A stretch of DNA of 64,000 nucleotides from Daphnia carinata. Taxonomy: Eukaryota. Within the stretch, counting starts at the first letter, position 1. Every line of letters begins with the position of its first letter. The notes below the pieces were generated by a model. The model made no database searches and was not told where the DNA came from. It saw only the letters and a list, made by a program, of their open reading frames with translations. The stretch covers positions 4,836,001 to 4,900,000 of the forward strand of contig NC_081332.1 of NCBI RefSeq assembly GCF_022539665.2. The letters are read 5' to 3'. The position numbers and the translations under genes were made by a program. Shown here piece after piece: positions 26,001 to 39,594 of the stretch.

Positions 26001-28479
26001 CGCAAATATTCCCAGCTGCAACCAACACGCACAAGTGTGTTCACGAACTCCGTGCCTGAACGTTCAAAAGAAAAACAAGAGTGAGTCAGGGATAGGACGA
26101 AAATATGAAATAAATCCTTTTTTTTTTTTTTTTTTTTTTTTTGAGCCTTTAACATCTTTTCTTCGTAATGCCTCAGGTGGTTCCCATAGTTTTAGTTCAC
26201 GTAACGAGGAAACACGCGGGAAAAAAACGAACGTAAACCAAAACTTAACGTAAACGTGTCAATTCTTCCTCATCACATTCACACGTATATTTTTATACAT
26301 GGGTTTTTGTAACTTTTTACGAAAACGATTTGTTCCGATGATGAAATTACCTTTATCCGGCGACAGTGATGGAATACCCATAAATCTTATAAGATAATGA
26401 CGTAATCATGTGCGACATGATATCAATGTTGTTAAAGGAAATGTAAAAAAAAAATTCGGTATTGGGCGTTGTTTCTGAAAGGAGCTACGTGTGACGTCAT
26501 CACTCACGCTGGGGATGTATATGATAAGCGAGTGGAACCCAAGACGAAGTAGGAAAAAGGCTTTTTTTTTCTTCTTTTTTAGGTTGTTGCGTTTAGAATT
26601 GTTCGGCATGCAAATGGCTAGAGGCAATGAAGTGGAATACTTGTCGTTTTTCTTTTGAGAAGTTTCTCCTTTGCTGAATGACCAAATTCACTAGACAATT
26701 GTCAATAGGTCAGAGTTTGCATTTGTGGGAATAAATAGCAAAAGAAAAAAATAGATAAGTCTTTAGACGACAGGCATTTTGTTTCCTTTTTTTCACATTC
26801 TCAGTTCCGGTCGACAACAAGCAAGTGCCGTGTGCCCATTTCGCGTGTCATTTTCTCTATAAAGACGAACAAAAGGTTATAGAAATACTAGGATGGGGAG
26901 GAACGAACAGAAAAAAAAAGAAAGGAAACACTGAATTTTCTTTTTACCTGGCGAAAAAAAAAAAAGGAATCAAGGTCGTTTAAAAGGTATATACCACTTG
27001 TCTTTCTTTAAAGCCCTCCAGGTATATTGTGGTTGAAAAAGGAACTATCGGTTAGGGGCAGGCTGTTAGAGGGGAGCATTTTCTTTACAAAGATGGTTAT
27101 ATTCGACATCCTTATATGCAGTCTTTAAATGTAATAATAATTTCTTTTCTTTAACGTTAGGGGTTCCTTTTTTTTCTTTTGGATGTACACATTGTTGTTG
27201 CTCCATCATTTCGGGGTAGGCTGAAGTGGGCGTCGCTGATTGGAACATGAGTAATTGAGCAGTTTAGCATACCGTTGTTCGCTACGTAACAATATTTTTT
27301 CTAAGAATAACATTAAATCCTACGGATAAAAAATGCATTCGTTTAGTAGATTACATTTCCGTAGCGTGACGATAAGCACCTGAAATTGGAAGGCTCTAGA
27401 GGTCTCGCAGGTTTACTGATTACAAGTGCGCACTACATTTTTTTTGTTTTGTCGAATATCCTGTGTGACACGTCTATGAAAAAGGGGGAAGATAAAAAAG
27501 GAAGACAATAGGTCGATTCCGAAAGGAGATGCAAAAATAGATAATGTATACCAAAGTAGGGAAAAACAAGGAGAGATGGGGCCAAGAATAAGATGGCTCC
27601 ATTTTCTGCTTAAAAGCCAACAGGGGAAAGGAGGACACGTTCTTGTGTATAATAGACAAAAAAGAACAGCAGCGCAGAGAGATATAAACATAAGAAAAAA
27701 TAAAAGGCAACTTTTTATGTTTCACCGATGAAACCGGTAAGATGAGGGGCGCCGTGCTCGTCACATTCCATCAGGTGAATTTCTTTCCTTTTGTTTGTAC
27801 AATTTTAAAGCAAAGCTTTTCAGCTTAGCCTATCTCGTTTTCTTTGTAATGCTACGTGTGTGCGTTAGTTTACACAAATCCCCTCGCCGTGTGTCATGAT
27901 AGTGACACATGCGTGTGCGCATGTGTGAAACAGAAGTAGTCCGTTGAAGGATTCCGATAATCAGGTCGTCAGCGCGCAGACCAGATTTATCTTTTCCTTA
28001 TTCAAATGGAAATTTTGTTTTTACTTGGTATCTGTGCGCACATGACCCATCGTCTCCAATTTCCAAAACAGGCATTGTTTAACAAACCAAACAAAAATAA
28101 GATGATCCAGTTTTGTGGTAAACACAGGAAAGGATAAACTTTTAAGCCTGTGATGGACACATCGCAGACAGGAGAAATTATTTTAATTCTCAAATTCTTT
28201 GAGATAATTTTCTTCAGTTTTTGCATGAACCGGTTGAATAATTCTCAATGAAATTTACAGTCACCAGCATCGCCATCGTCCGTTTCACCGGTGTCGTCCC
28301 CAACTTCACCAACTCGGCCACTTTCTATGGCGACGATAGCGGCGGCTGCCAATTCCGGTTTGAATTTGAACATGTCGGCTGCCCAGCTCCGAGCCCGCTT
28401 GGCCTCACAAAAGAAATACGATCCCAAACGAGAAGCGATAGACCTGCGTCGCAAGCACGAAATCATCCAGACCATGTGA
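23022..28479 (+). CDS. NHERF1: NHERF/EBP50/Sip1 scaffold with three PDZ domains and a C-terminal ERM-binding region; exons 23022-23246, 23932-24201, 24292-24390, 24461-24811, 24881-24980, 25052-25167, 25229-25438, 28261-28479
   Basis: Three APRLCH..K...G(F/Y)GF.L...G.FIGKVD...A..AGLK..DRI.EVNG repeats. C-terminus LNLNMSAAQLRARLASQKKYDPKREAIDLRRKHEIIQTM*. Confidence 0.9.
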
Positions 28480-29982
28480 ATACATTAAACACAAGAGCAA
28501 GAAAAAAAAGGAAATTGCTGAAATGAATTGTTGCCGTTTCAAATCGGTACTATTGGACGCTAATTATTTTTTTTTAATACGAGCTTGCGCGTGGTTGTGA
28601 TGGTGTCATGTTTATAGTCACTTGCGTATCGCATTGGCACACGTACCTCTGAGCAAAGAGAAATTTATTTTTGAATTTTTTTTACGGAAACATTTTGATC
28701 CCATTTGACCCATTTAACGGCAAACAAAAAAAAAATAAGGAAGAAAACAAGCAGAACTGGTTTTTTTAAAAAAATGCAGTTTTCAACTTTTAATGTAGCC
28801 CATAAACAACGGCTAATGTTTTTGTTTACTTCCCCGTTCAACATTTACCTTACATGTTGTTTAAATTTTTGTTTTTACGGGGAACATATTTTTTTTTTCA
28901 TTTTCCGATTCGGGTGGACAGTTTTCTTTGGTTTTGATAACCAACTTGTGCAAGAGACGTAAAAAAAATTCATGAATCAACTATTAAAAAAAAAAGGTTT
29001 AATATAATACGTGTATAATATACCAATTGAAATATATAGTGTTTTAAAACATGATTAAACCCGCAATTTTTATTTTAGATTTCCCTTAAACACATCGCTA
29101 GTCCAGCAAATTATGGGAAGAGAAAATTGTCCAATTTGCATAGCCAGTTTAGTCCGCCTGTCGATAATAATAAAAAAAAAATTGTGAATTATCTTCGTGG
29201 TTATTATCAGTGCTACCACGGAAACGCACAACACTTGCACCGCCAAACGCGAAATGCACGAGGAAGAAGAAACAAAAGAATGGTATTTTGACAATAAAAA
29301 TGATATGACAAATTGGTTGACGGGAAATGGCTTTTAGCCAACAAAGATAACGAGAACTTATCGGCGGTTGCATCGTCCAACAGCTGCGGAATCGCCAAAC
29401 AAAACGATAGAAAAAACCACAACATTCTAACGGCGAGCTTGGCGGTACTGTACGAAAAGAGACTGCAGTTTCCCGTGTGCAACCGATAAAAAAGGCAAAC
29501 ATTCATCGGCTGATGTAGCAGCGGCAATAAAACACTGCGCTACGGTGAGCCGCGTCGTACTTGGAGTGGAACACACCTTCTCAGCTGCAACAACTGCCCA
29601 TCAGACTCTTCATCTATCGGCTCGCGCGTGGTCCCGCATCGATGAGATTCCGGTTTCAGCGCAGCGTGAACGCCACAACACACACACACACACACAAAGC
29701 GGTTTGGAATTCAATGCGGTCTCATTCTCTCATTTGATTTGGCTCTGACGTGTTCTTTCTCACACAGGAATACAGAGGAGCGCCGGGGCGTATCTTGACG
29801 CTTTGTTTAAGTAAATATCTTATATATACACGCACATAGGCCACACGTTATGGCACCTTGCTCCGATTACGTGTCAACATTGAACACGTAAATTCTTTTT
29901 TCGATTTGGACTCTGTTCCCATATCAGTTGGTAAATCACCTGAGATTATACAGAACAGCGGACAGGCAGGCGGCGCGCAGTG

Positions 29983-31240
29983 TTACGAAAATTCCTTGAT
30001 CCATTCACTGACAATGGTGGCCATCTGTTGGCTGGACTGGAGGACGAACGCGTGTTCGAATCCGTGAGGGCAGATAATAGCTCTGGCTTCAGGCACTTGG
30101 CGCTGCAAGTTGTGGCAGTACTCCAATGGGCACCAATGGTCTTTGGTTCCGAAATACAGCACAAGCCTGTCACGCCATCAATCAACGTCCACGTCACGAT
30201 TTGAATGAAAGGCAATTAAAGACGTGTACAACCAATCACCTATCACTGTGAAGACGTATATCGTCAGCATTCAATTCACCCACAACTTTCAGCTCGTCGT
30301 GAGCCATGAAAAGGGAGCGCTCTAAAGCCTGTGGGTGTAGGAGCCTCATGGTAGTTCTCACGTTTACGTGGACTACAGCCGGTGTACCAGAAGCCGATGA
30401 CGTCGAATTTTCAATAGACAATTGACTTCCTTTCGAACCTGTACAACGTGAGAAGCTATTAGAACCTGGAATTTTGTTTTAAAGAGATGCACATTGTTGT
30501 GTTACTCATGGCCCATTGGACGATCGTTGTTAGCCACGATTCTGGAAGCCGATTGATCAAAGACGCAGCGAGGATGACAACTTTTCTAAATGGGCCAAGG
30601 ATTGGCCACAGTTTCCTTCCACTCGGAGTTTGAGCCATTCGCTCGAGGGTAGGAAACAGTAGGTAGGCCGCAGCATTGTGTGTCTTCCTGTATCGTTTGA
30701 CAAGCTCAACACAAATTTTAGCTCCAATAGAATGCCCAATGAAGTGTAAGTTCACATCAGTAGGAACATGAGTATCAATAAACTTGATTTTATGGTTCAC
30801 TTGACCGTCAAGGGTAAAAAGCTCTGGTTGATCTAGGGGAATTTTTCCAGTACTGTTAGAAAGGCAAAAGATAAAGTTAATTAAAGGTGCTTACCATTTA
30901 CAGTTGGTAAGGTAACATTTTTTGGAATGTCATGGCCTGCATGACCTAGTCCCCATATCACATATTCACCTAGCAGTTCATCATGAAGTGATTTGACAAA
31001 CTCTTCATAGTAGCCAATGAGCCCTGGATTACCTAAAAGGATCCATACATGGAGAATCCATATAATGCAATGCTAACTCAATAATATGAAAGTAGACACT
31101 GGCAGTAATCATTCCTGGACTACAAATTTACCTGGAATTACAATTATCAAATGCCTCCGTTTGATCGGCTGATCAATCCAACCACCAATAGTAATCACAC
31201 GAGTTGGTACATGGTTAATGTCGACATATCCTTCCTCCAT
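29983..31240 (-). CDS. LDAH: Lipid droplet-associated hydrolase (DUF2305, alpha/beta hydrolase), multi-exon
   Basis: IPG|NPGLIGYY, GHAGH, nucleophile motif GHSIG, LLFPTLERMAQTPSG, YFGTKDHWCP, HAFV. Confidence 0.9.
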
Positions 31241-31505
31241 TTTTCTTCAGCACTAACACTGAAATACGACACTGTAATATTAAAAACACACATAAACAAG
31301 AAATAGGATTTCTAATAACTCTTAATGGATAGGTGACATGTCTCGTGGAGTGAGTGGCCCGTAGCAGACGAAGCGTTTATAGGTTTGTAAACATTGGACT
31401 TGCTGTCTGAAATAGATGCGGATAGGTGTCACTTATTATTTCCCCCCACCCCTTCTCCCTCGTTTTGGCTCTGAATATTTTATCTGTGATTACTGCTAAA
31501 GTAAA

Positions 31506-34272
31506 ATGTTGCAATGCAAAAAATCATTCTTAACTAATAGTATTATCGGTTATAAGGAAAAGTATAGATTTATTAAAAATGTGCTACCCTCACTACAATG
31601 CAAAAACTACTCGTAAGTTGATACTTTTCCACGGTTTTAGAATCGGTAAAATAATCTAATTCATGCTGGTAAACTTTTAGGTCTGATAATGAAAGATATT
31701 TGCACAAGTCAAAAGTTCCAACAATGCATTTTCAACCTTCTCTACCCAGATTACCTATTCCACGTCTTGAGGACACCTGCCAGCGGTATTTAAATGCTCA
31801 ATTGCCATTACTCGATGCTACCCATTTTGAGGATACCAAAAGACTGGTTGCTAACTTCCAGTTGGAAGCTGGAAAAGGTATTTTATATCTCATACTTTCC
31901 TTAATAATTTGCACCTATTAGCAAGTGCCAATTTCTTTCAGACTTGAACCAAAGGCTGATTGCCCAAGACAAAGCAAATAAGCACACAAGCTATATCACT
32001 GGTTCATGGTTTGACATGTATTTAAGAGATCGTCAGCCCATTGTTTTGAACTACAACCCGTTTATTTCCTATATTGATGATCCAAAGACAGAGTACAATG
32101 ATCAAACAATCAGAGCTGCAAACTTCTTGATCTCAGCCATCAGGTAACTTACTAAACAATTTAATGGTGGTCATTCTGAGATTTAAAAAATTGCTGGATG
32201 ACTGGTGTATATAAAGGTTCAGAGAAACTTTAAATGCTGGCCTTCTTGAACCTGAAGTATATCACCTAAACCCCAAAAAGAGCGACACGGAAACATTCCG
32301 GAAAGTTGTTCGCATGCTGCCATCTTCGCTCTCTTGGTACGGAGCCTACTTGTATAACGTACGTGTTTTTGTTTTTTCGTATTAAATTCTTCCCAGGCTG
32401 GAATAGCAGTGTAATTTTTTTTCTATCTAGGCATATCCATTGGACATGTCTCAGTATCCCAGTTTATTCAATTCAACTAGAATTCCCGAAATCGGCAAAG
32501 ATCGCCTTGTCCGGTTTGAAAAGGCAAAGCATGTGTTGGTTATGCGAGGCGGACATTTCTACGTTTTTGACGTATTGGATAAAGATGGTGCTAGATTATA
32601 CTATAAAATCCTGTCAAATAGCGACCGCAGTTAACATCTGTCATCTTTTCTGTACAGGAAACTTATTGGAGCCACTAGATATTTATAGTTGCTTGAAGTA
32701 TATCCAGCAGGATCCTATTGCCCCATCGCAACATCCAATTGGTTATTTAACTGCCGAAAACCGCGACACGTGGGCGAATGCTCATCGATTGCTGAAGGAA
32801 AACCATAGCAGTCAGATGGAAGCTATTGACAGTGCGCTTTTTAACTTGGTTTTGGACGACGTCGGCACTGACAACGATCCAGTCAAAATATCAAAACTGT
32901 TTCTCCACGGCAACGGAGCAAACCGGTATGGAAAAAATATATATATATTTATCTCCAATTGCAGCGTATCTTTTACACTATATGCTCAACATGAAACTTG
33001 ATTCCAGGTGGTTCGACAAATCGTTCTCATTGATCGTTGCTCAGGACGGCAAAGCAGCCGTCAATTTTGAGCATTCGTGGGGAGACGGAGTTGCTGTAAT
33101 GAGATTTATCAACGAATCGTTGAAAGACTCGACTGAAAAGCCCCGTGTCCATCCTCACGAAGTAGCCGGGATGGCTCCACGACGTGACTTTGATCCGTCA
33201 TATCACGTCAAACGTCTTGGTAAAAAGACAATTTAAAACAAGAAAAATCAAATGACTTCTCCGTGGCATCGCAGATTGAAACGTCTTTATTATTCCCATT
33301 CCTGTATTCAGAATTCCAATTGAGTGATCGCCTCAAAGCGGCAGTCAGCGACGCTCGACAGCGTTTCGATCAAACCACGGGCGCTTTGACAGTCAACTTA
33401 TTTATTTACAACGGCTTTAGTAAACACTTTTGCAAGGAGCAACAAGTCAGCCCAGACGCAATGATGCAACTAGGTTTCCAAGTACGAAATTACATGACAC
33501 GAAATTTTCTTTGACAATCTGTTTGTATCCTAAAATGCCTTCATTTGCGTAAAACAGGTAGCCTATCAACTGCAGAATGGCGGTACGTGCTCTACGTATG
33601 AATCGTGCAGTACTTCCGCCTTCAAGCACGGCCGAACGGAAACAATTCGGCCGTGCACTTCGCAAACCACTGCCTTTAGTCGGGCTATTACCGCGTCTTC
33701 GGGAAAGCACAGCCAGACGGAAATGCGTGCTATGATTGCCGATTGTTCCAAAGTTCACGGCCAACTGACTAAAGAAGCTGCTATGGGTATATTTTTTTAT
33801 TGTAATCTGCATACATAGTCTTAATTAATTATCTATTTTAAAAATTGTTTTAGGGCAAGGATTCGATCGCCATTTGTTCGCCCTTAAGTATCTAGCCCAG
33901 CAACAGTCGTTGCCCATCCCGGCTCTGTATCAAGATCCAGCTTATGCAGCCATCAATCATAACATTCTGTCGACGTCAACACTGGGAAGTCCGGCTGTCG
34001 AGTTGGGTGGTTTCGCTCCGGTCGTACATGATGGATACGGCATTGGGTATGGGTATCCCTCTTGACTCCTGTCCAACCGCTATTCACCATGCTGCTTATG
34101 TAACCGAATACCTTTGTATCTGACATGTCCACCCTCCAGGTACTCGATCCAGGACAACCGACTGGGCGCTGTGGTGACCACTTACCCCCCACACCGAAGT
34201 GGCTCAGATTTCGCGTCTTGTTTACAGTCGGCCTTCAGCCGGATCGAAGATATCTTGCGCAAAAAGAATTAA
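31506..34272 (+). CDS. CPT2: Carnitine O-palmitoyltransferase 2, mitochondrial, multi-exon
   Basis: [32 protein letters not shown]...[51 protein letters not shown]. Confidence 0.95.
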
Positions 34273-34646
34273 CCAATATTTGGTGTCTTACGCTAGAGCT
34301 TTGATTACGTGCAATGTTTTAATGAAAAGTATTTGATCCCAAAGTTTAGGTTTATGCCGTGAGCATTCTACGCTGTTATTATATTCGACGAATAAGAGAG
34401 TGCGAACTCTTGTGCGCTATTATACGTTTCCCGCACAATAGGTGCGGTCGGGATTGATAGCTGTAGTGGTAGACTATTTCTATTGTGATTGTTTGACTGT
34501 GTTACAATGAGCGGGTCATAGTAGTCACACACACACATAGCAGAAGTACATATGGAATAAGTTCTAGAGGAATCATTCCTGCTGCTGTTCTGGATGGGTG
34601 TGTGTGTGTGTGATCCCCTCATTACACGTCCCGTTCAGCCCAGCGC

Positions 34647-34659
34647 GTTGCTTGGCAAC
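34647..34659. promoter_or_regulatory. RFX X-box (GTTGCTTGGCAAC) upstream of the RFX4-like gene
   Basis: Near-palindromic match to the X-box consensus GTTGCY-N1-3-RGCAAC. Confidence 0.45.
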
Positions 34660-37600
34660 AGCAAATCAGCCCTTCTTTTCAACCAACGCAAGAAATATAT
34701 AGAAAATCAAAATAATGGAACGTGTGACGAGGCATAGGAGGGAAAAAAAAGAAAAGGAGGAGTATTTTTTTTTTCATTCTTTTTCACCTGTTCTTCGCTC
34801 ACGGAGAAAGGAAGAAGTGTGTATGCCTTATACATGGTACTAACATGGGATTGATAATAAGGGACGAAAAGAAAATAGGGAAAAAAAAATGTTATCCATC
34901 TAACGAATGGAAGATAACGATGAGTTACTATTTTTGGTCTCAAATCGAGCCATACTGCGTGAGTAAGGAAAGAAGGCGTTGAATAATATGGATTTGTTCC
35001 AAATATAATGTCCCATTATTATTTCTTAAAATGTACAAATAAAATAAAAGCAGTATGCAAAATCTCGTATCTTTTTCTTGCGAAACCCTTAACATGACAC
35101 GAAAGAGCAGCGGTTCTTATTGATACTGGGATGAAGGAGAGGGTACGAATGGACAAAAAAGAATGATTGGCAGCTGTATGGCGAAAGTATGAATACTAGC
35201 GTAGGGTTTGCATACTAGAAGAATACCAGTGATGTGAACAAGTCCTTCCCTCTGTGTAATGTTTTGCTGTTCTTTAGAGCTTTCCATGTCACCCCTAGCA
35301 TGGACCCCACTCCCAATTCAATAGAAAACGAATCTCAACAAATGCATTGAGAGCTGCCAATATTGTCATCGTTCTCTCCGTCCCCCTCTATCTTTCATCC
35401 GATGAGATGGTTGACGGGGTTCAGGGATCTTTCCACGCGTCCATTAGTAGTTTCGTACCTAATAACATCGATCCTCGGTGTTGTATGACAGGTACGTGCG
35501 GGAGCGTAGCCACTTGAAGGTAACCCATCTTTTTGATTACCAGTTACTTTTGCCACCTGGCCTATCTCAAGTGATTTATTTCAAGGAAACGCCTCCAGTA
35601 GTGCTCCTAGTTTAATTGACGATTACCTTCTTGGGCTAATACGAAGTGGAGGTAAGTGATTTGTCTCGATTGCTCTTCCAAGGGGGAGTCGAATTTTTTG
35701 TAAGATTTAGTTTTGTTTTAATAAGCTGCGTGACATTAGTTTTAAATGTTAGGATGCTTTTGTCTGACGGTTATAGGAGAACAAATGAAATGACTATGTA
35801 AACAGATAAAAAACAAAACAATGGAACCTCCATTTTTCATGAGATCAGGCAATGACGTTGACATATTTTCTAAATTACTTTTTTTTAAATTAATATAATT
35901 ACTGCAGGCTGGTGGTAAATATTTTTAAATACTACGTAGTCGTATTGATATAAATAAAAATAATTTAAATATATTTTTATTTGAGTGTTTAATGTTAAAA
36001 ATTAGTTTCGTCAAAACCAACGTTTCAACTTCCAGCACGTGTTTCGGCAGTGTTCGTTGGCATTGGGCTCGAACAAGGTCGTTTCCCTCCGAAATGATAG
36101 TTTTTGTCTGTTAGTTGCTTACAACTGGAATCCCTCAAAATGAATCAGTTCTAAGTTCTTTTTTTAAAGTTATCATTGGAAATCAATTTCAGCAATTAAT
36201 TCAACGAACTCCCAACACTTACGTAGGTTCATTTTTTAAATTTTATTTTAAACCATGCCATTGCTGCTTTGTCGCCTAATTTGATTTTGAATTGTGTTAA
36301 ATCATAGCTGATTATACCTGTATTGCAACCACTAATTGCTCACTTTAGCCTACATAATTGTAATATCAATATTAAATTTCTAGAAAATTTAATCCTAGTT
36401 CTTAACCAATTCGAAGGAAACAACTCAGCTCGTGATCTAACACGTGGTTCGATACCCACCTATAGACGTGTCGGCAATCTCTGTGTCTGAATGCCTGGGC
36501 ATCTAAAATGGAATGGGCGCAATACTTTTGAAGAGACGTAATAGAGTACAACTTGGAACAAACTTTTCGCATATATCATCGTCGTCTTCGATTTCGTAAA
36601 GGTAAAATATGTGTACGTTTCATGGCTGAATGATTCCAATGCAGTCGATGAAGGCCTTGCTCGGAAAGAAAGGCGTATGGAGCCTCCTGTCCCAATAATG
36701 AGAAGACTCAACTACCATCCGAGGTAAGATGAACTTTATTGCCCCATTTTGCGCACCCATCCGTCAATCTGATATTGCTTTTTTTGTTTACCTGTTTTTT
36801 TTCCTCTTCGAAGAATGCATGTACTTGTGTGTGAAGAAACTGACTTTGTCAAAGCATTGTCATTTTGGTGAATCGAACAGAATCTAATTAAGACCGGATA
36901 CAAAAGGCGTAGTGACCGGTATGTAAATGCATTCGCATTAAGTTTCTTTCAGTTTACTTGTTTTGCACCTTTTTAAAAAATATTTTCTTTCAGGATATCT
37001 AAGCCTTTTTCGGACTTCAAGTGTTGTACCACGTCATTATTCTTGGCTGCTGAGTCCAAGTTGGAGGCGGCAAGGTGAAGTCGATCAGCGAAAAATGATC
37101 CGATCAAAAATAAATCCCTAAGGGAAAAAAAAGGAAATAAAGAAATGGCCCTTTCCCTCCCGCCCATCAATTCAGATGCATCTGAGCGTGAAAGTGGTCC
37201 CTTTGAAAGGTAAAAAATCTTGAAATAAACACAGCATTCCCCTCGTTCTTCATTTTCCAGTTCGTAGTAGAATATTTTTAAAAGATGTCAAAAAGAAGCC
37301 GTAAATTTTTGTTGGCAATATCCAGTCATAGTATGTACGAAGTACAAAGTTGTAACTGTTCAATGTAAAAAGGAAAGCATTTATCTATTTCGATTAATAA
37401 GTTGGTCCCTATAAATTCTATCCAGGACAGCAAAAAGATGAAAACAGTTTTTTATTTGTGATGGGCTGGAAACAAACTGATACTGACAGTCACTATTACA
37501 GAAACTGGCTGACGCCAATTGATGAGCTCATCCGCCAAAAGTTCCACCCTCCTACGTCGCTCACAACTTTCCCACTGCCATTTGGAGTGTAGGATAACTA

Positions 37601-38049
37601 CACCAGTTGACATGTAACCGAAATCCCGGCGGTAAACCCACATGACTTGCTTTGTGATTTGTTTTTCTTTGACATTTTGTTCTTTTTTAAACAGACGGCC
37701 TGCCATGCCTCAGCGAAATCCAACGTCAGTTGATCCCCTCACCCTTTTTCCTTACACGCTCGACATAGTAAAGTGTGCGTCTGTCATCCACCCATCAAGT
37801 CGTGGTGGAGAATAAGAAGAAAAGTAGAGCGGAATGAGGTGGGGATCGACGGGGTGGAAGAAAAGACGTCGACGTTGAAGCAGTTACGGGAGTTTTGTGA
37901 TCATCGATCTACATCAAAGACGCCAACCAGAAAACCGACGCGATACGTTGCAACTCATAGAGCCGCCGCTAGGAGAGAGGTCGAATGCAATGGTGCTTTC
38001 AGGTTATACGGGTAGGATTAATACGGAAAAAGAAGGACGGAGGTGAGCT

Positions 38050-38305
38050 TTCCTGATTGGCGGCCGTTGCGTCGACTCCGCCCGCTCCTCGTCTAGTGCG
38101 GGATCTAATCCATGGGCGGGGTCGTCCTCCCTATTGGTTCCTGCGCGTCACTCTCCTGACGTCACCTTTACCACATCTAACGTGAAAGGGTCTTCTGCAC
38201 ATCACAACTGATAGACGGCGAGAGTCAAGAGGAGTTTTTTCGGAGGGAGACATGCAAGGTGGAGGGGAGGGTGAACGGTTACAAATAGTCTCTGAATCGG
38301 CCAAT
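38050..38305 (+). promoter_or_regulatory. GC-rich proximal promoter of the RFX gene: CCAAT boxes (38056, 38133, 38301), GC boxes (38078, 38114), CRE (TGACGTCA at 38157)
   Basis: Dense exact motifs, followed by a strong donor AAG|GTGAGT at ~38501 consistent with a non-coding first exon. Confidence 0.55.
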
Positions 38306-39594
38306 CTGGTCGTAAACGTGATCCGGAAATCCCGCTATCAAATACCCACTCCCGATTCGGTCCTTAAAAAGTTGGTCGCCAAGCGAACACATCGTCGTGG
38401 AACAAACTCTTAACCAAACAACATATCGCCGAGTAAAACAACTCAACTGCATAAGTGATTCTCCGAGTTTGTTTTTTTCATCCTCAATTGACCGAGCCAA
38501 GGTGAGTCATCAGTTTTACATCATTTTTAGATTCAACAAGATATGACGTAAAGATCTTGACCTGTAGGTAAACATTTTTCATGGCCACATCTGTTTTAGG
38601 ATTTATTTAAAGTGTTCCCCATCAGGATCAAGATGTTATTCAATAAGCAACAAATTTGAGTGGGTCAATCCTTTCAGGTGAAACTTTTCGTCTATCGCAC
38701 TCAAAAGTTGGGTTCGTTCGAGCTGAGTTCTAGTCCTTTGAAACCTAATTTAAAGCAGACACCTGTACACTAATTGTCCCGGAATCGCATAGGCGTCATT
38801 CTGCAAAGTTTCAAAGTTAACGAGGCCTAAAAAATGGTGAATCTGCTTCATCCGTCGGCTGTTGTTGACAGAAGAACTAAATCGTTTCATAGATAATTAG
38901 CTTCTACGCAAAACTAATCAAAATCAATTGCTTAAACTGCCATTATGTGCTCGATGATTTGTGATGTCCAGTTGTATGGGCCTATGATTTCATTGACCTC
39001 TGGGGCATGAAAAATGATTCCGCTTTTTATCCATCGCTGCATCTTTTTAAAAAAATGGACAGGATATCAGAACTAATGCTCTTTCCACCCTCCTATTGGC
39101 TGATTTACTACGTCGCACCTGGATTTGGTACATTGTACTTATCCGCACCAGTTAACTCGTTGCGAGAGGATTTAGAACAGAAAAAAGGGACAGGGATAAT
39201 AATAAAAAAAGGGATCTACTGTTGACTGATTTTTCCACTCAACCTAATGACGAGACGGTTCTTTTCTAGCAGAGATTATCGCTCCTAAATGTTGTAGATA
39301 AGTAGGTAGTTGACTACCGAAAGTCCCCATCATTCAGAGTGCTCCTGTGAAAGTGCTCAAATGTTTGGCACCTTGAGACCTCCCGCAGGTTCACTGTTAC
39401 CGATACCCCCCTACTACAATTCCCCCTTTATAGATGTAACATCACGTGAGACGAGCATCCCATAAACAGAGATTGATATTTAAAAAAAAAAATAGGGCAG
39501 ATGTGAAGTAGAATAGAATTAATTCTTTTTTTTTTTGTTTAATTACAGGTAGACATTATATCGAAGCGGCATAAATTTGTTGATTGGCCCGCTG

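Noticed and set aside
25500..28200. Nested gene in the long NHERF intron
   Set aside because: Only short low-complexity ORFs and homopolymer runs.
35400..37215. Upstream coding exons of the RFX gene (donors at ~35653, ~36724, ~37210)
   Set aside because: I could not build an open frame into the downstream exons. They may be 5'UTR exons, but the sequence alone does not support that.
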